This document shows, piece by piece, positions 51,933-61,918 of a stretch of 64,000 nt of DNA. Numbering within the stretch: position 1 is the first letter of the stretch; the number at the start of each line of letters is the position of its first letter. The stretch comes from an uncultured delta proteobacterium (lineage in GTDB: Bacteria > Desulfobacterota > Desulfomonilia > Desulfomonilales > Desulfomonilaceae): positions 1,888,001 through 1,952,000 of the forward strand of contig CAWBKB010000001.1 in assembly GCA_963789265.1 (NCBI GenBank), in the 5' to 3' direction. Made by a program: the position numbers and the translations under genes. Under the pieces are notes generated by a model, which was given only the letters and a program-made list of their open reading frames with translations, made no database searches and was not told the DNA's origin.

Positions 51933-54485
51933 TTGAAGGTGTTTTCGGTTCTAAAACGAAACTTTCGCAAGTTGTTTGCCCGCAAAAGGAAACCTGCTTC
52001 CTTTACCCAGATTTTTGATCATTTTCAGGGGGTACTCCAGGACCATCAAAAAACCATGGAACTCATGGCGGACCTCGGAGAAAAGTCCGGAGGAGATTTC
52101 ATATTTGACCGAAAATATCTCCATGATTCAGTCCGTGAACTCCAGACTTTGTTGCTGCGCATGGTGAAAGGATTAAACCTTATCGCATCCGACCGCTATT
52201 TAGGTCTCTACTCAGCTCTGGATAGAATTTTCCTCCCCATAGAGGCGGAGCTTCGAGGCAGGTTGAGATTGTCCCCAGCGGCGTATGTTATTCCTCTGAC
52301 GGATGCACCTATCGACAACCCTGAGCTGACCGGCGGTAAGGCAAATACCCTGGCTGAAATAATTCATCGCCTTCACCTGCCTGTGCCTGATGGATTCGTG
52401 ATCACAAGTCGAGCTCATTATCGGTTCCTGGAGCATAACAACCTGGAAGACCGAATTCACACGTGGATCGAATCGTGGATCACCGGCAAAGAGGACCTGA
52501 ATAAGGCATCAAGCCAAATTCGTTACAGCATTCTTGCCGGCGTAATTCCCCAGGACCTGGCAAGGGCTATCAAACAACACTCGGAGAATTGCCCGCATAA
52601 CTGGGCGGTTCGGAGCAGCGCCTACGGGGAAGACGGCGAATTATCGTTTGCCGGGCTTCACCAGACCATGCTGAATGTGCCGCCGGACCAGGTTCTTGAA
52701 ACGTACAAGACTGTGTTGGCGAGCCTATATTCTCCTGAAGCTATGAATTATCGCCTACAAAATGGAATGATGGGCGAAGAGGCGGCAATGGCTGTGCTCT
52801 GCCAGGAGATGATCCACAGTCAATCAAGCGGAGTCCTCCAGACGGTTTGTATAGGATTACCCAAGCTGAATTGTATGGCTATTTTTGCATCCTTCGGCCT
52901 GGGACGAACAGTAGTGGAAGGAAGAGACGTCCCTGACCAATACATTGTGGAAAAGGACCCACCTCATCAAATCCGAGTTACAAAAATTGCGAGAAAGGAA
53001 TTTTTGCTAAGACCTGCGGCAGATGGCGGTGAAGAAGAAGTAGAGCTTCCGCCTGACGAGCAACAACAACCGGCTGTTTCCGAAGATACGCTCCGAGTCC
53101 TGGTGAAGTGGGGGCTTACTCTGGAAAGGTACTTCAAACGTCCACAAGAGATCGAGTGGACTGTAGACTCGCAAGGCCGCTGTCGTCTTATTCAATGCAG
53201 GCGCTTGAACACAGCCGAGAATCCGGAAGGCGAGGAGGATATTTGTGAATCGTGTTCTCAGTACACCGTGCTTGTGCGTGACAAGGGTGCGGTAGCTCAT
53301 GGCGGTGTCGGCTCGGGCACTGTGCGGATCGTGCAGTCCAATGAAGATATGGCTGAATTCCCTGACGGAGCTGTTCTTGTCACCAGATATACGGCCCCCT
53401 GGCTGGCGCAAATTGTGCCGAAGGCTGTTGCCATCATTGCCGAACGAGGCTCCGCAGCAGGACATCTCGCCACCATGGCCAGGGAGTTTCGTGTGCCGGC
53501 GCTCGTAGGCGTGGAAGACGCCACTGATTTCCTGACTGATGGCATGGAGATCACCCTGGACACTTATCGACGCATTATTTATCTGGGGCGTGTCGAGGAG
53601 CTTATTCGATACGAACTCGTCCAGCCCACGGTTTTCGAGGAAGCCCCTGAATTCCGGCTTCTGCGACGAATGCTGAAACGCATAGCGCCGCTCCACCTGA
53701 TCGACCCGCAATCACACGAATTTGCACCGGAAGGGTGTGAGTCCGTTCACGATATGATCAGGTTCATACATGAAAAAGCAGTGCAGGAATTGATGAACTT
53801 CCCCACTTTTCTGAAGCGGTTCAAAGGCGCCAAAGTGTGGACTCTAGTCTCTAAGGTGCCGTTAGGATTGAAACTCCTTGATCTGGGGGGCGGCCTTGAT
53901 CCGCTGGCGGAAGGCAAGACAGTTCGGGTGGATCAAATTCGATCGTTACCTTTAAAGGCATTGTGGACCGGTGTGTCCCTGCCCGGAACTTGGAATACGG
54001 ACCCTGTTGCCGTGGACATGAAGGGCCTCATGTCGAGCCTTACGAGAAACTGGGATGCGGGGGACGGCACCGCGTTCCAAGGGTTCAATCTGGCGGTTGT
54101 CAGTGACATCTATATGAACCTGCACCTGCGTCTTGGCTATCATTTTAATCTCATTGACGCCAGCATGCATGATGAGGCTCAGCACAATCATATCTATTTC
54201 AGATTTGTTGGCGGGGTGACGGATATTACTCGACGGTCTCGAAGAGCCCAGGTTCTGGCCGACATTTTGTCTCGCTATCATTTCAAAGTTACGATCAAAG
54301 GCGATCTGGTCGTTGCCAGGATCCTCCATCTTCCCAAAGAAGAGATCGGTCGCCGTCTCCAGGCTCTTGGAACCCTGATTGGATTCACGAGGCAGTTGGA
54401 CATTCAACTGAGAACCGATCGTGACATTGCCGAATCCGTGGCTGCATTCTTCGCCCAACACGCCGGACTCACCGATGTTGCCTGA
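51933..54485 (+). CDS. PEP-synthase/PPDK-like protein (ATP-grasp + phospho-His domain + atypical C-terminal domain)
   Basis: GGKANTL, VPDGFV, AVRSSAYGED...SFAG, PQEIEW, GSAAGHLATMAREFRVP. Confidence 0.88.
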   Translation: MKVFSVLKRNFRKLFARKRKPASFTQIFDHFQGVLQDHQKTMELMADLGEKSGGDFIFDRKYLHDSVRELQTLLLRMVKGLNLIASDRYLGLYSALDRIFLPIEAELRGRLRLSPAAYVIPLTDAPIDNPELTGGKANTLAEIIHRLHLPVPDGFVITSRAHYRFLEHNNLEDRIHTWIESWITGKEDLNKASSQIRYSILAGVIPQDLARAIKQHSENCPHNWAVRSSAYGEDGELSFAGLHQTMLNVPPDQVLETYKTVLASLYSPEAMNYRLQNGMMGEEAAMAVLCQEMIHSQSSGVLQTVCIGLPKLNCMAIFASFGLGRTVVEGRDVPDQYIVEKDPPHQIRVTKIARKEFLLRPAADGGEEEVELPPDEQQQPAVSEDTLRVLVKWGLTLERYFKRPQEIEWTVDSQGRCRLIQCRRLNTAENPEGEEDICESCSQYTVLVRDKGAVAHGGVGSGTVRIVQSNEDMAEFPDGAVLVTRYTAPWLAQIVPKAVAIIAERGSAAGHLATMAREFRVPALVGVEDATDFLTDGMEITLDTYRRIIYLGRVEELIRYELVQPTVFEEAPEFRLLRRMLKRIAPLHLIDPQSHEFAPEGCESVHDMIRFIHEKAVQELMNFPTFLKRFKGAKVWTLVSKVPLGLKLLDLGGGLDPLAEGKTVRVDQIRSLPLKALWTGVSLPGTWNTDPVAVDMKGLMSSLTRNWDAGDGTAFQGFNLAVVSDIYMNLHLRLGYHFNLIDASMHDEAQHNHIYFRFVGGVTDITRRSRRAQVLADILSRYHFKVTIKGDLVVARILHLPKEEIGRRLQALGTLIGFTRQLDIQLRTDRDIAESVAAFFAQHAGLTDVA

Positions 54486-54501
54486 ATGGAAGGAGTAGAA
54501 A

Positions 54502-54891
54502 ATGAACGGAAACAAGCTCAGAATTCTGGTGTTGGATGATGAGCCGATCGTGTGCAAACGTTTGAAGCCTGCGCTGGAGAAACAAGGGTACGAAGTGGAC
54601 ACTTTTACACAGAGTTCGGCCGCGATGGATCAAATCAAACATATCGACTACGACATCATCATTACCGACTTGAAGATGAAAGGCGTTGACGGCATGCAAT
54701 TGCTTGAAGAGGCCAAAAGGCGCTCGCCGAACACGGAGGTAATAGTTATAACGGGTTTCGCCACCATGGAGACTGCTAAGGAATCCTTCCACAAAGGTGT
54801 TTTTGATTTCATTGCCAAGCCTTTCAAGTTAAGCGAAATCCAGGAGGTGGTCATGAAAGCGGAGGCCAAAATTAGAGGCCGGGGAAAATGA
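54502..54891 (+). CDS. Stand-alone response regulator receiver
   Basis: ILVLDDE, ITDLKM, ITGFA, IAKPF. Confidence 0.92.
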   Translation: MNGNKLRILVLDDEPIVCKRLKPALEKQGYEVDTFTQSSAAMDQIKHIDYDIIITDLKMKGVDGMQLLEEAKRRSPNTEVIVITGFATMETAKESFHKGVFDFIAKPFKLSEIQEVVMKAEAKIRGRGK

Positions 54892-54960
54892 GGATGCACG
54901 GTATTTCTTTGAACCCCGGGCTCGCATCGATACTCCAGACCGGAACGGGAGGTATGCAAG

Positions 54961-55752
54961 TTGATCAAGACGCTCGTATCTATTGAAGTTGACCTGGCTT
55001 CCAGCCTGGCCATACGTTTCGCCTGCCAACTAGGCGGGCTCGTCTCTATGGAGGTACATCCTGTATATGTCAAAGAGTTTCCTTCCGATGGTTCACGGAC
55101 CGGCGCTGGTTGGGCCAGACGTACATGGGAACGCGAAATCATCAAACAGGGCAAGGATGAAATCTCCGAGATGATCATGACGGAAATGGACTTCTGCCCT
55201 GCTCTAATCGAACCCCGGGTGATTTACGGCGATCGCCAATCTGAGTTGCTCAAGATTGTACAGATGGAAGAATTCGACCTGTATGTGGAAGGCACGCACT
55301 TTCCTTGGAACGCGGGTTCAATCTACAAGCAAATCCACTCGAAGTTATACAAGGGCCTTGATTTTCCCGTCGTTTGGGTAAGAACATCCAGGAAAATCAA
55401 TCAGGTTTTGCTTTTGTGCCTGGACCGTGCGGGAGTTGAAGCCCTTGCCCGGGTCTTTCAACAAATCTGGAAAAACTGCCCCGTGCCCTTGCTGTTGGCA
55501 GTGCCTTCCGCCGGCGGTGAAGAAGGAAAGAATTTGCAAGAAGCGGTTGGGAAAGCACGCGGTCTTTTGCAGCAATCAGGTTGCCAGGTCGAAGTGCAGG
55601 AAAACTTTCCGCAGCCGCATGAAGAACTAAAAGATACAGCACTGAACTTTCCTCTGGTGGCGGTGGCCCTGGACAGGGACGTCAAGAAAGACCATCCGGG
55701 GTTGCAGTGGCTTGCAATGATAAAGACATCGTGTCTTGTGGGGTTTTATTGA
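54961..55752 (+). CDS. USP-like protein (tandem domains, divergent)
   Basis: KTLVSIEVDLASSLAIRFA...RVIYGD...FDLYVEG. Confidence 0.65.
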   Translation: MIKTLVSIEVDLASSLAIRFACQLGGLVSMEVHPVYVKEFPSDGSRTGAGWARRTWEREIIKQGKDEISEMIMTEMDFCPALIEPRVIYGDRQSELLKIVQMEEFDLYVEGTHFPWNAGSIYKQIHSKLYKGLDFPVVWVRTSRKINQVLLLCLDRAGVEALARVFQQIWKNCPVPLLLAVPSAGGEEGKNLQEAVGKARGLLQQSGCQVEVQENFPQPHEELKDTALNFPLVAVALDRDVKKDHPGLQWLAMIKTSCLVGFY

Positions 55753-55875
55753 GATCGTTCGAAAGTGTTCGGCGATGCCATGTACACTGCTCGGAAAAAC
55801 GAAGCGTCATCAAGTCTGAGGGCATTACTCTGCCGTATGGCAGACCCTGGCGATCACTGTGGATGAGAAAGGAAA

Positions 55876-56748
55876 ATGGTCATGAGAATTCTCTTTGCGG
55901 CAGATGAACATCCCTACAGTGAATATGCCCTTAAGGTCTTGAGCAAGCTGGCCATGAACACTTGGGCGGATGTGACCCTGCTCGGCATTCATCCCACGGG
56001 CAGGGGAAGGCCGTGGCCGGGCGGCGCGGTCATCAGTCAGGCACTGCAACATTATCGGGACTCGTTCCTGAAAAGTTGGGACAGAGAAGCCTCTCCTTAC
56101 GAGGAACATCAAGGAAAATACGAATGGGTTCCCGTGAAAGACGGCTTGTGGGAAGAGGTGAAGGTTATCCGAGGACAGAAGAAAGAATTCAAAGTCCACA
56201 TGCGAATCGGAAAGCCTGCGGCTGGGATTTTGGAAGAATCGGTAGATGAAGGGACTGATCTGATTGTGCTCGGTTGTACGAAGGGCGAAAGTTGCGCATG
56301 GACGGGATTTCGATCCCTGCCCCGGGAGGTAGTGAGCAATTCAGACTGTTCCGTCCTGCTGGTCAAAGAGGAACAGCCTGTGCAACGGATACTCGCCTGC
56401 CTGGATCAAGGGTATATAAGCCAGGAATCTCTTGAAATTATCAACCAGATGATCACAATTCACGGGGCACGATTGGAGCTGGTGGGCCTGAGCCAGAATG
56501 GGGACATGAACAAATCCGTGTACACCCGCTTGATCGAAGTGGGGGATTATTACAGCGACCTACAAGTGGAAGTCAACACTCGATTGACCGAAGTGGCCGA
56601 TTTTGAACGTTTTGTCAGTCAAGAAGTCGGGCAGGATCTTCTCGCTCTTTGGGCGGGGAAAAAGTCTCTTCTGAGTCGCTTCTTTCCACGTGATTGGGTA
56701 GGTAGATTCGTCGGCAAGTGCCAAACCTCCGTCTTGGTAATGCGATAG
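55876..56748 (+). CDS. Universal stress protein (tandem domains)
   Basis: RILFAADEHPYS, GKPAAGIL, DLIVLG, CSVLLVK, TSVLVMR. Confidence 0.8.
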   Translation: MVMRILFAADEHPYSEYALKVLSKLAMNTWADVTLLGIHPTGRGRPWPGGAVISQALQHYRDSFLKSWDREASPYEEHQGKYEWVPVKDGLWEEVKVIRGQKKEFKVHMRIGKPAAGILEESVDEGTDLIVLGCTKGESCAWTGFRSLPREVVSNSDCSVLLVKEEQPVQRILACLDQGYISQESLEIINQMITIHGARLELVGLSQNGDMNKSVYTRLIEVGDYYSDLQVEVNTRLTEVADFERFVSQEVGQDLLALWAGKKSLLSRFFPRDWVGRFVGKCQTSVLVMR

Positions 56749-56823
56749 CCTCGAAGTTCCGCCGCACGAATCACCGGGAAGTTGACTGCGCTTCACAGAC
56801 CTTGTCCGAGGAGGAGCCAAGAA

Positions 56824-57666
56824 ATGAAAGTCTTAGTCGCTGTTGACAAGAACCCGGAAACATACACCGGGCTTCGTTACGCATGTCATCTGTTAAGTGA
56901 AATCGGCGCCGTGGTGGATGCTCTGCACGTTACTCCGGAGCTGGCCGACGTGATGGCTGACAGGTATGCGCCATTTGTGACGAAGGATAGCCTGGAACAC
57001 GCCCTGGAGGCTGATGTGCAGGCAGTGGAAGAACTGTTTAAGGAAGCTTGCGAACCGTGCCTGGAAGCCCGAATTCCCTGTGAGCTGCGTGTGGTGCACG
57101 GTGACCCTGCTGAGGAAATTCTCAATGCCGCTCAAGGCGACTACGACATGATCGTGCTGGGTTCTCATAACCAGTCCTCGCTGAAAGGTCTCTTGTTAGG
57201 CGCTGTACATGCTAAGATTCTCCATTATGCACAGCAACCGGTGCTGATTGTGCGCCAGTTCCGCGAAATACGGAATGTTCTTGTCGTGCACAGAGGTTCG
57301 CAAACCGATGAAGCAGCCCTGTCCTTTGTCGCCCCGGTGCTGGCAAGTAAGAAAGCTGAAATCAGTCTGCTGCACGTACAAGAAACAGATCAGATGGAAT
57401 CCGACGAATTCGCTCGGGCCTCGCTTCAACGAGGCGCGCAAATCCTTCGAGAATTCGATTACGATCCGATCACCAAGTCGGTAAAGGGTGAATTTGTGGA
57501 AGAAATCCTTAAGGATGTGGCTGTACACAGATACGATTTGATCGTCTTGGGTGCTTACGGCCATAAGCGCCCAAAATATCTGAAGCTTATCAGCGATGAA
57601 GCGCTCAATCTCGCTCGACTGACCACTCGCCCGATTCTAGTTTATCGAAATAGGATGGAAGATTAG
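56824..57666 (+). CDS. Universal stress protein (tandem domains)
   Basis: MKVLVAVD, GDPAEEIL, DMIVLGSH, QPVLIVR, YDLIVLGAYG. Confidence 0.88.
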   Translation: MKVLVAVDKNPETYTGLRYACHLLSEIGAVVDALHVTPELADVMADRYAPFVTKDSLEHALEADVQAVEELFKEACEPCLEARIPCELRVVHGDPAEEILNAAQGDYDMIVLGSHNQSSLKGLLLGAVHAKILHYAQQPVLIVRQFREIRNVLVVHRGSQTDEAALSFVAPVLASKKAEISLLHVQETDQMESDEFARASLQRGAQILREFDYDPITKSVKGEFVEEILKDVAVHRYDLIVLGAYGHKRPKYLKLISDEALNLARLTTRPILVYRNRMED

Positions 57667-57695
57667 ATCTCACTTAGCCGACCCCTGATCTGCAT

Positions 57696-58913
57696 TCACG
57701 CCTCCATCGCTTCAACCAATAGCTCAATCACGGACTTAACTTGCAAAGGCATGTTGTATCTCGCCTGAAGATCTCCGAGCTGACTCAAGCAATTCTGACA
57801 GGACGTGGCAATAATGTCGGCCCCTGTGTTCATGATCTGATCGTGCTTCATGCGCGCGTGCTCCAGCCGCTTCTTGCCCATGTCCGTGTTCTGACCTACG
57901 CTGCCTCCTCCTCCGCAGCAGATGCTGTACTTGCGATTAGGCCACAGTTCAACGAACTCAGACGCCACAGCCCGGATTAACTCACGCGGGGGCTCGTAAA
58001 TCCCCAATTTGCGCCCGACGTTGCATGGGTCGTGATACGTGACCTTGGCCTGGATGGCTCCGGATTCGATCGCCAGCTTCCCGGTCTTGTACAACTTGTG
58101 GGCGAGTTCCACCACGGACATGACCTCGAAGCCCAATGGTTCCCCCAGCCAACGTTCGGCATCGTTTCGGAGGATCTTGAACCCGTGGCCGCACTCCGTG
58201 GATAGAAGGACTTTGGCCCCGAGCCTTCTCGTCTCTTCAACCAGGTTTCTTACCAGAGTGGTCGCGGCTTGCGCGTCGCCAAGGTAGTAGGCCCAATTCG
58301 TGATATCGAAGAATTTTGAGGACAGCGTCCAGTCGACTTTTGCGTGGTAGAAAAATTTTAGATACGTCTGAAACATCTGAGGATTCGAGGTATATTCCCG
58401 TGGATTGGGGATGTAGAGCATCTCCGCACCGGGCCGGTCAAAGGAGGGTGTCAGGTCGCCCTCTTCTATGCCATCTATGTCTTCCTCGGCTTCTTCAGCC
58501 ATCCACTCGGCCGTGTCAACAAATTCCTCCGATGCAATCCCTGTATTGTTCCCTAATTCCAGGGCCTTCTCTATTCCTTCAACTATTCTGGCAGGGGCTT
58601 TGCCTCTGAGCTGAGCCAGAGAGCGCAATTTCCGGATGATCACGTCCATCTTCAGGTCTTTCGGGCAGTCCGTGGTGCAGCGCCCGCAGAGGGTACACGC
58701 CCAGATAAACTCTGAGTCTGCCGCCTCCGCCTCTCGTCCCATCAGGACCTTCCTGATGAGCCTTCGGGGGTTCATATCGGGATAGCCGTCGGTCAAGAAA
58801 CATCTGGAAACACACTCGCCGCATGTCAAACAGACCTGCAGGTTTTCCCCGCCGTGGGCAAGGGCGATTTGTGAAGAGATATCTGTTGCTGCATCGCTAA
58901 ATACCGAGGTCAT
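57696..58913 (-). CDS. HdrD/GlcF-like Fe-S oxidoreductase (2x[4Fe-4S] + CCG domains)
   Basis: CLTCGECVSRC, CTLCGRCTTDCP, TECGHG, YHDPC, CCGGGG, SCQNC. Confidence 0.9.
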   Translation of the reverse strand: MTSVFSDAATDISSQIALAHGGENLQVCLTCGECVSRCFLTDGYPDMNPRRLIRKVLMGREAEAADSEFIWACTLCGRCTTDCPKDLKMDVIIRKLRSLAQLRGKAPARIVEGIEKALELGNNTGIASEEFVDTAEWMAEEAEEDIDGIEEGDLTPSFDRPGAEMLYIPNPREYTSNPQMFQTYLKFFYHAKVDWTLSSKFFDITNWAYYLGDAQAATTLVRNLVEETRRLGAKVLLSTECGHGFKILRNDAERWLGEPLGFEVMSVVELAHKLYKTGKLAIESGAIQAKVTYHDPCNVGRKLGIYEPPRELIRAVASEFVELWPNRKYSICCGGGGSVGQNTDMGKKRLEHARMKHDQIMNTGADIIATSCQNCLSQLGDLQARYNMPLQVKSVIELLVEAMEA

Positions 58914-60550
58914 GATTTACTCCGTAATAGCTCGTTCGTGACCTGCGTCCGGGAATGCTTCCCTGGAATCTCTGTGTCCAAGGATGAGCAGAACTCCTTT
59001 ATTATTCTGTTAAGCCGCGCGGGTTCGTTGGCAGCTATGGTCGCATACCCCACCTTGGGAGCAAATCCGTTGAGCGCATCAGTTCCGCTCACGACGCTTT
59101 GCACACGAGCCGAGGCCCAATCCGTGCCGGTTTGAGAAGTACAATTCCCATGGTGACACCCTATGGCAAGCACTCCTGCGGCCCCCGCGGCCAGAGTCGC
59201 CCACAGGATGGATTCCGAAATTCTGCCGGCACAAGGAACCGGGAAGAAAAGAACTTTTGGCGGCAAATCAATCTCCGATACCGCCCTACCCGCGGATCGT
59301 TGGCATCCATAGACAACTACTGGGTCTGAAGATCTATTGTTTATATCAGCGAGAAATGTGGCTACCTTCTGTTCAGGATATGAATTCAGATCCAGCGCCA
59401 AACAAGGACATTCAGAAGCGCATATTCCACACTCCTGACAAATCGGTGCGGAAACCTGAACAGTGGATCTTGCAGCGCCCCCGTCTAACGCGATGGCCGA
59501 GTGCGGGCATATCCTGCAACAGGTGAGGCAGCGCACGCACTCGTCGGCTACTGAAATTGTTTCATCATTCTTTTGCTGCGAGGCCCTTAGCATCCAAGCT
59601 CTTGCCTTGACTGCGGCTGAAGCCGCCTGCACGACTACTCGAATGAGGTCGGTTTCTCCCGTAACCTCACCCACCGCGAATGTCCCATTGATAAAAGAAC
59701 GTCCTGAATGACAGTGAATGCTCTCAGAAAGGAGGAAGCCCTCCGCGTCAAGATCGTTTTCGCAGATTTCGGCCGAGGCGGCAGAGACGGATGACGGATC
59801 AGGCCCTTGAGCGGCAAAGATCTCGTCACAGTGAAGTACTACATCTTCTCCTCTTTCGATAACGTCGCTCAGGATTATTTCCAATTTTCCAGTGTCGTAG
59901 TCGCCCGAAATCCTTTTGACAAGCGGAAGCTTCTCGTCGAACCTGTAAAATTGAACACCGGCTCTCTTGGCCCGGTCATAAAGCGATTCGCCGAAAAGAT
60001 GAGCAACCGGCGCATGCTGAAAGATTACAAACGATTCCCCTCCTGCCGCTTTATTTTCGATAGCTTGTCCGATGGCAGCCATTCCAGCCGCGGGGGGCGA
60101 CCCCGCGCCGTAATCGAGAAGAAAACCGATTCTACGAGCAGCGCTCGACAGACGTTCGTTTGAAAGGGAATCAACGCCCTGCGGCAGACCGGTCGCGAGC
60201 GGCAAAAGTTCGATTCCGGGTGCCAAGACCAGACAGCCGTAGAGACTCCCGTGGCCTGAACCGAAATCCGCATGGAAGAAACATCCTTCTCTTCGAATCT
60301 TTGGTAGCACAGGAAATTCATGCACTTCTACGCGATCCAATGGTTTGGACAACCACTCCGAGTACTCATGGAAATCTGACACGTTATTCGGGTAATAGAG
60401 CCGGGACTTTTCGGGGCCGGCTTTTATCAAGGTGACGGACAATCCGAGATCAGTCAGGGCCTTGGCGGCTATCATTGCCGAAAGATTGTGCCCGACGACG
60501 AGGACCGGCAGCATTTCAGTTTCCCAATGACCGAAGCCTTCGCGTATCAT
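58910..60550 (-). CDS. Degenerate HdrA/QmoB-like domain + ferredoxin + MvhD/FlpD fusion
   Basis: CVRCLTCCRICP, CQECGICASECP, YGCQRSA, PCAGRI, GCHHGNC; ATGA overlap with the upstream gene. Confidence 0.82.
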   Translation of the reverse strand: MIREGFGHWETEMLPVLVVGHNLSAMIAAKALTDLGLSVTLIKAGPEKSRLYYPNNVSDFHEYSEWLSKPLDRVEVHEFPVLPKIRREGCFFHADFGSGHGSLYGCLVLAPGIELLPLATGLPQGVDSLSNERLSSAARRIGFLLDYGAGSPPAAGMAAIGQAIENKAAGGESFVIFQHAPVAHLFGESLYDRAKRAGVQFYRFDEKLPLVKRISGDYDTGKLEIILSDVIERGEDVVLHCDEIFAAQGPDPSSVSAASAEICENDLDAEGFLLSESIHCHSGRSFINGTFAVGEVTGETDLIRVVVQAASAAVKARAWMLRASQQKNDETISVADECVRCLTCCRICPHSAIALDGGAARSTVQVSAPICQECGICASECPCLALDLNSYPEQKVATFLADINNRSSDPVVVYGCQRSAGRAVSEIDLPPKVLFFPVPCAGRISESILWATLAAGAAGVLAIGCHHGNCTSQTGTDWASARVQSVVSGTDALNGFAPKVGYATIAANEPARLNRIIKEFCSSLDTEIPGKHSRTQVTNELLRSKS

Positions 60551-61605
60551 GAGCCTGCCCCAATAAGGTCTGTGATTATCGCGGCCGCAGTTTGCCCTCC
60601 ATCCGCAAGAGTCTCTTCGATGTCCTTTGGACCGCTGCAAGTCCCTGCTGTGTAAACTCTTGGCACGTCCGTGCGGCCTCCGCCCGAGAGATCCTTTGAC
60701 GAGAGAAAACCGTGCTCGTTTGTCTCCAGCCCCAACATGGCAGCTATTCGCACCGAGTCTGTACCGGGCCTCTGGCCGGCTGACAGGACGATGCGGTGAA
60801 AACTCTCCCGAACATTGCGCGCTGCATCCTCCCGGATGATTTGAAGCATATTGTCCTTTCCCAGCACGATTTCTCCCGGGACACCCTGAACGAGGCGGAT
60901 TCCACTTCTTCGGGCTTCCGCCAGTAATGATCCGGCAGACTTCCCTGTAACCTGGAGGTCGATGTAGAAAATCGTTATCTCCCAGTCCTCATGAGCTTCG
61001 TGCAGCTTCAAGGCCATCCTCAAAGCGGCCTTGCAGCAGTATTGCGAGCAATAATTCGCGCCGATCGTCGCGTCTCGGGAACCCACACATTGGAAGAACG
61101 CTATCCTGGCAGAACCCTGGATCCCACCGGAAAACGCGGCAAGATTGTCGTTACGCACGAAAGCGTTCATGTCCTTGAGCGTGACCACACCTTCAAGACG
61201 TCCGTACCCCCAGAATGTCTTTTCAGAAGGGTCGTACGGGTCGAACCCCACCGCGATCACTAGCGCCTCAGTTTCCACAAGCTTTTCAGTCCCACTCTCC
61301 AAGGACCGAACCCGGACTTGAACTCCCCTATCGGTGAGCGTCGCCGAAGCCAATTCAAAGCCCAGCATGACATTCGCGCCGGGAGAGGAATTGACTTCCT
61401 CGGCTAGGTCGGCATAAGAGCAGCAAAAGCATCTCTGGCAGGAATCGGTCGCCATGCATGCCCAGTTTCGGACTCTTCCGCCAAGGCGAGTTTCCTTCTC
61501 TACGACAGTGCAGTCGATGCCGTTGGCCAAAAGGGATTGGGCTACAGCCAGGCCGCCTATTCCTCCTCCAATAATCGCTACGGGTTTCACAGGTTTCGTA
61601 GTCAT
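60547..61605 (-). CDS. Short HdrA/QmoA-like FAD-dependent oxidoreductase
   Basis: IIGGGIGG, EKETRLGG, QCVGSRD, YCSQYCC, FYIDL, AGTCSGPKDI. Confidence 0.9.
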   Translation of the reverse strand: MTTKPVKPVAIIGGGIGGLAVAQSLLANGIDCTVVEKETRLGGRVRNWACMATDSCQRCFCCSYADLAEEVNSSPGANVMLGFELASATLTDRGVQVRVRSLESGTEKLVETEALVIAVGFDPYDPSEKTFWGYGRLEGVVTLKDMNAFVRNDNLAAFSGGIQGSARIAFFQCVGSRDATIGANYCSQYCCKAALRMALKLHEAHEDWEITIFYIDLQVTGKSAGSLLAEARRSGIRLVQGVPGEIVLGKDNMLQIIREDAARNVRESFHRIVLSAGQRPGTDSVRIAAMLGLETNEHGFLSSKDLSGGGRTDVPRVYTAGTCSGPKDIEETLADGGQTAAAIITDLIGAGS

Positions 61606-61918
61606 CTGTCTCTTGTTCTGAAAAGAATTATGTGGCCGCGCATCAAATACCGTGTTTGAATCTTTATACTACCGTTTTTCGTATGTCCGCGCAAATTTGT
61701 TCAGCACGCCGAAGTAGAATCGCAACGCCTCCGGGATTTCCGATTGACGTCGCTTCTCGGCCCGCACGCACCAAGTCTGAACTTTCACGCCAGTTGATCT
61801 TAGTTTTGACAGTTTCGCAACTAAAGTGGTAAAGTAAGCCATGCCGGGATAGTAAAAAATTGTGCTTTAGGCGCCGGGCAAGGCGCACATTCGAATTGGC
61901 TGGAGCAAGGAGTCAGCG

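Noticed and set aside
58910..61605. Selenocysteine in the HdrA/MvhD-like genes
   Set aside because: Both ORFs are uninterrupted, with Cys codons at the expected positions.
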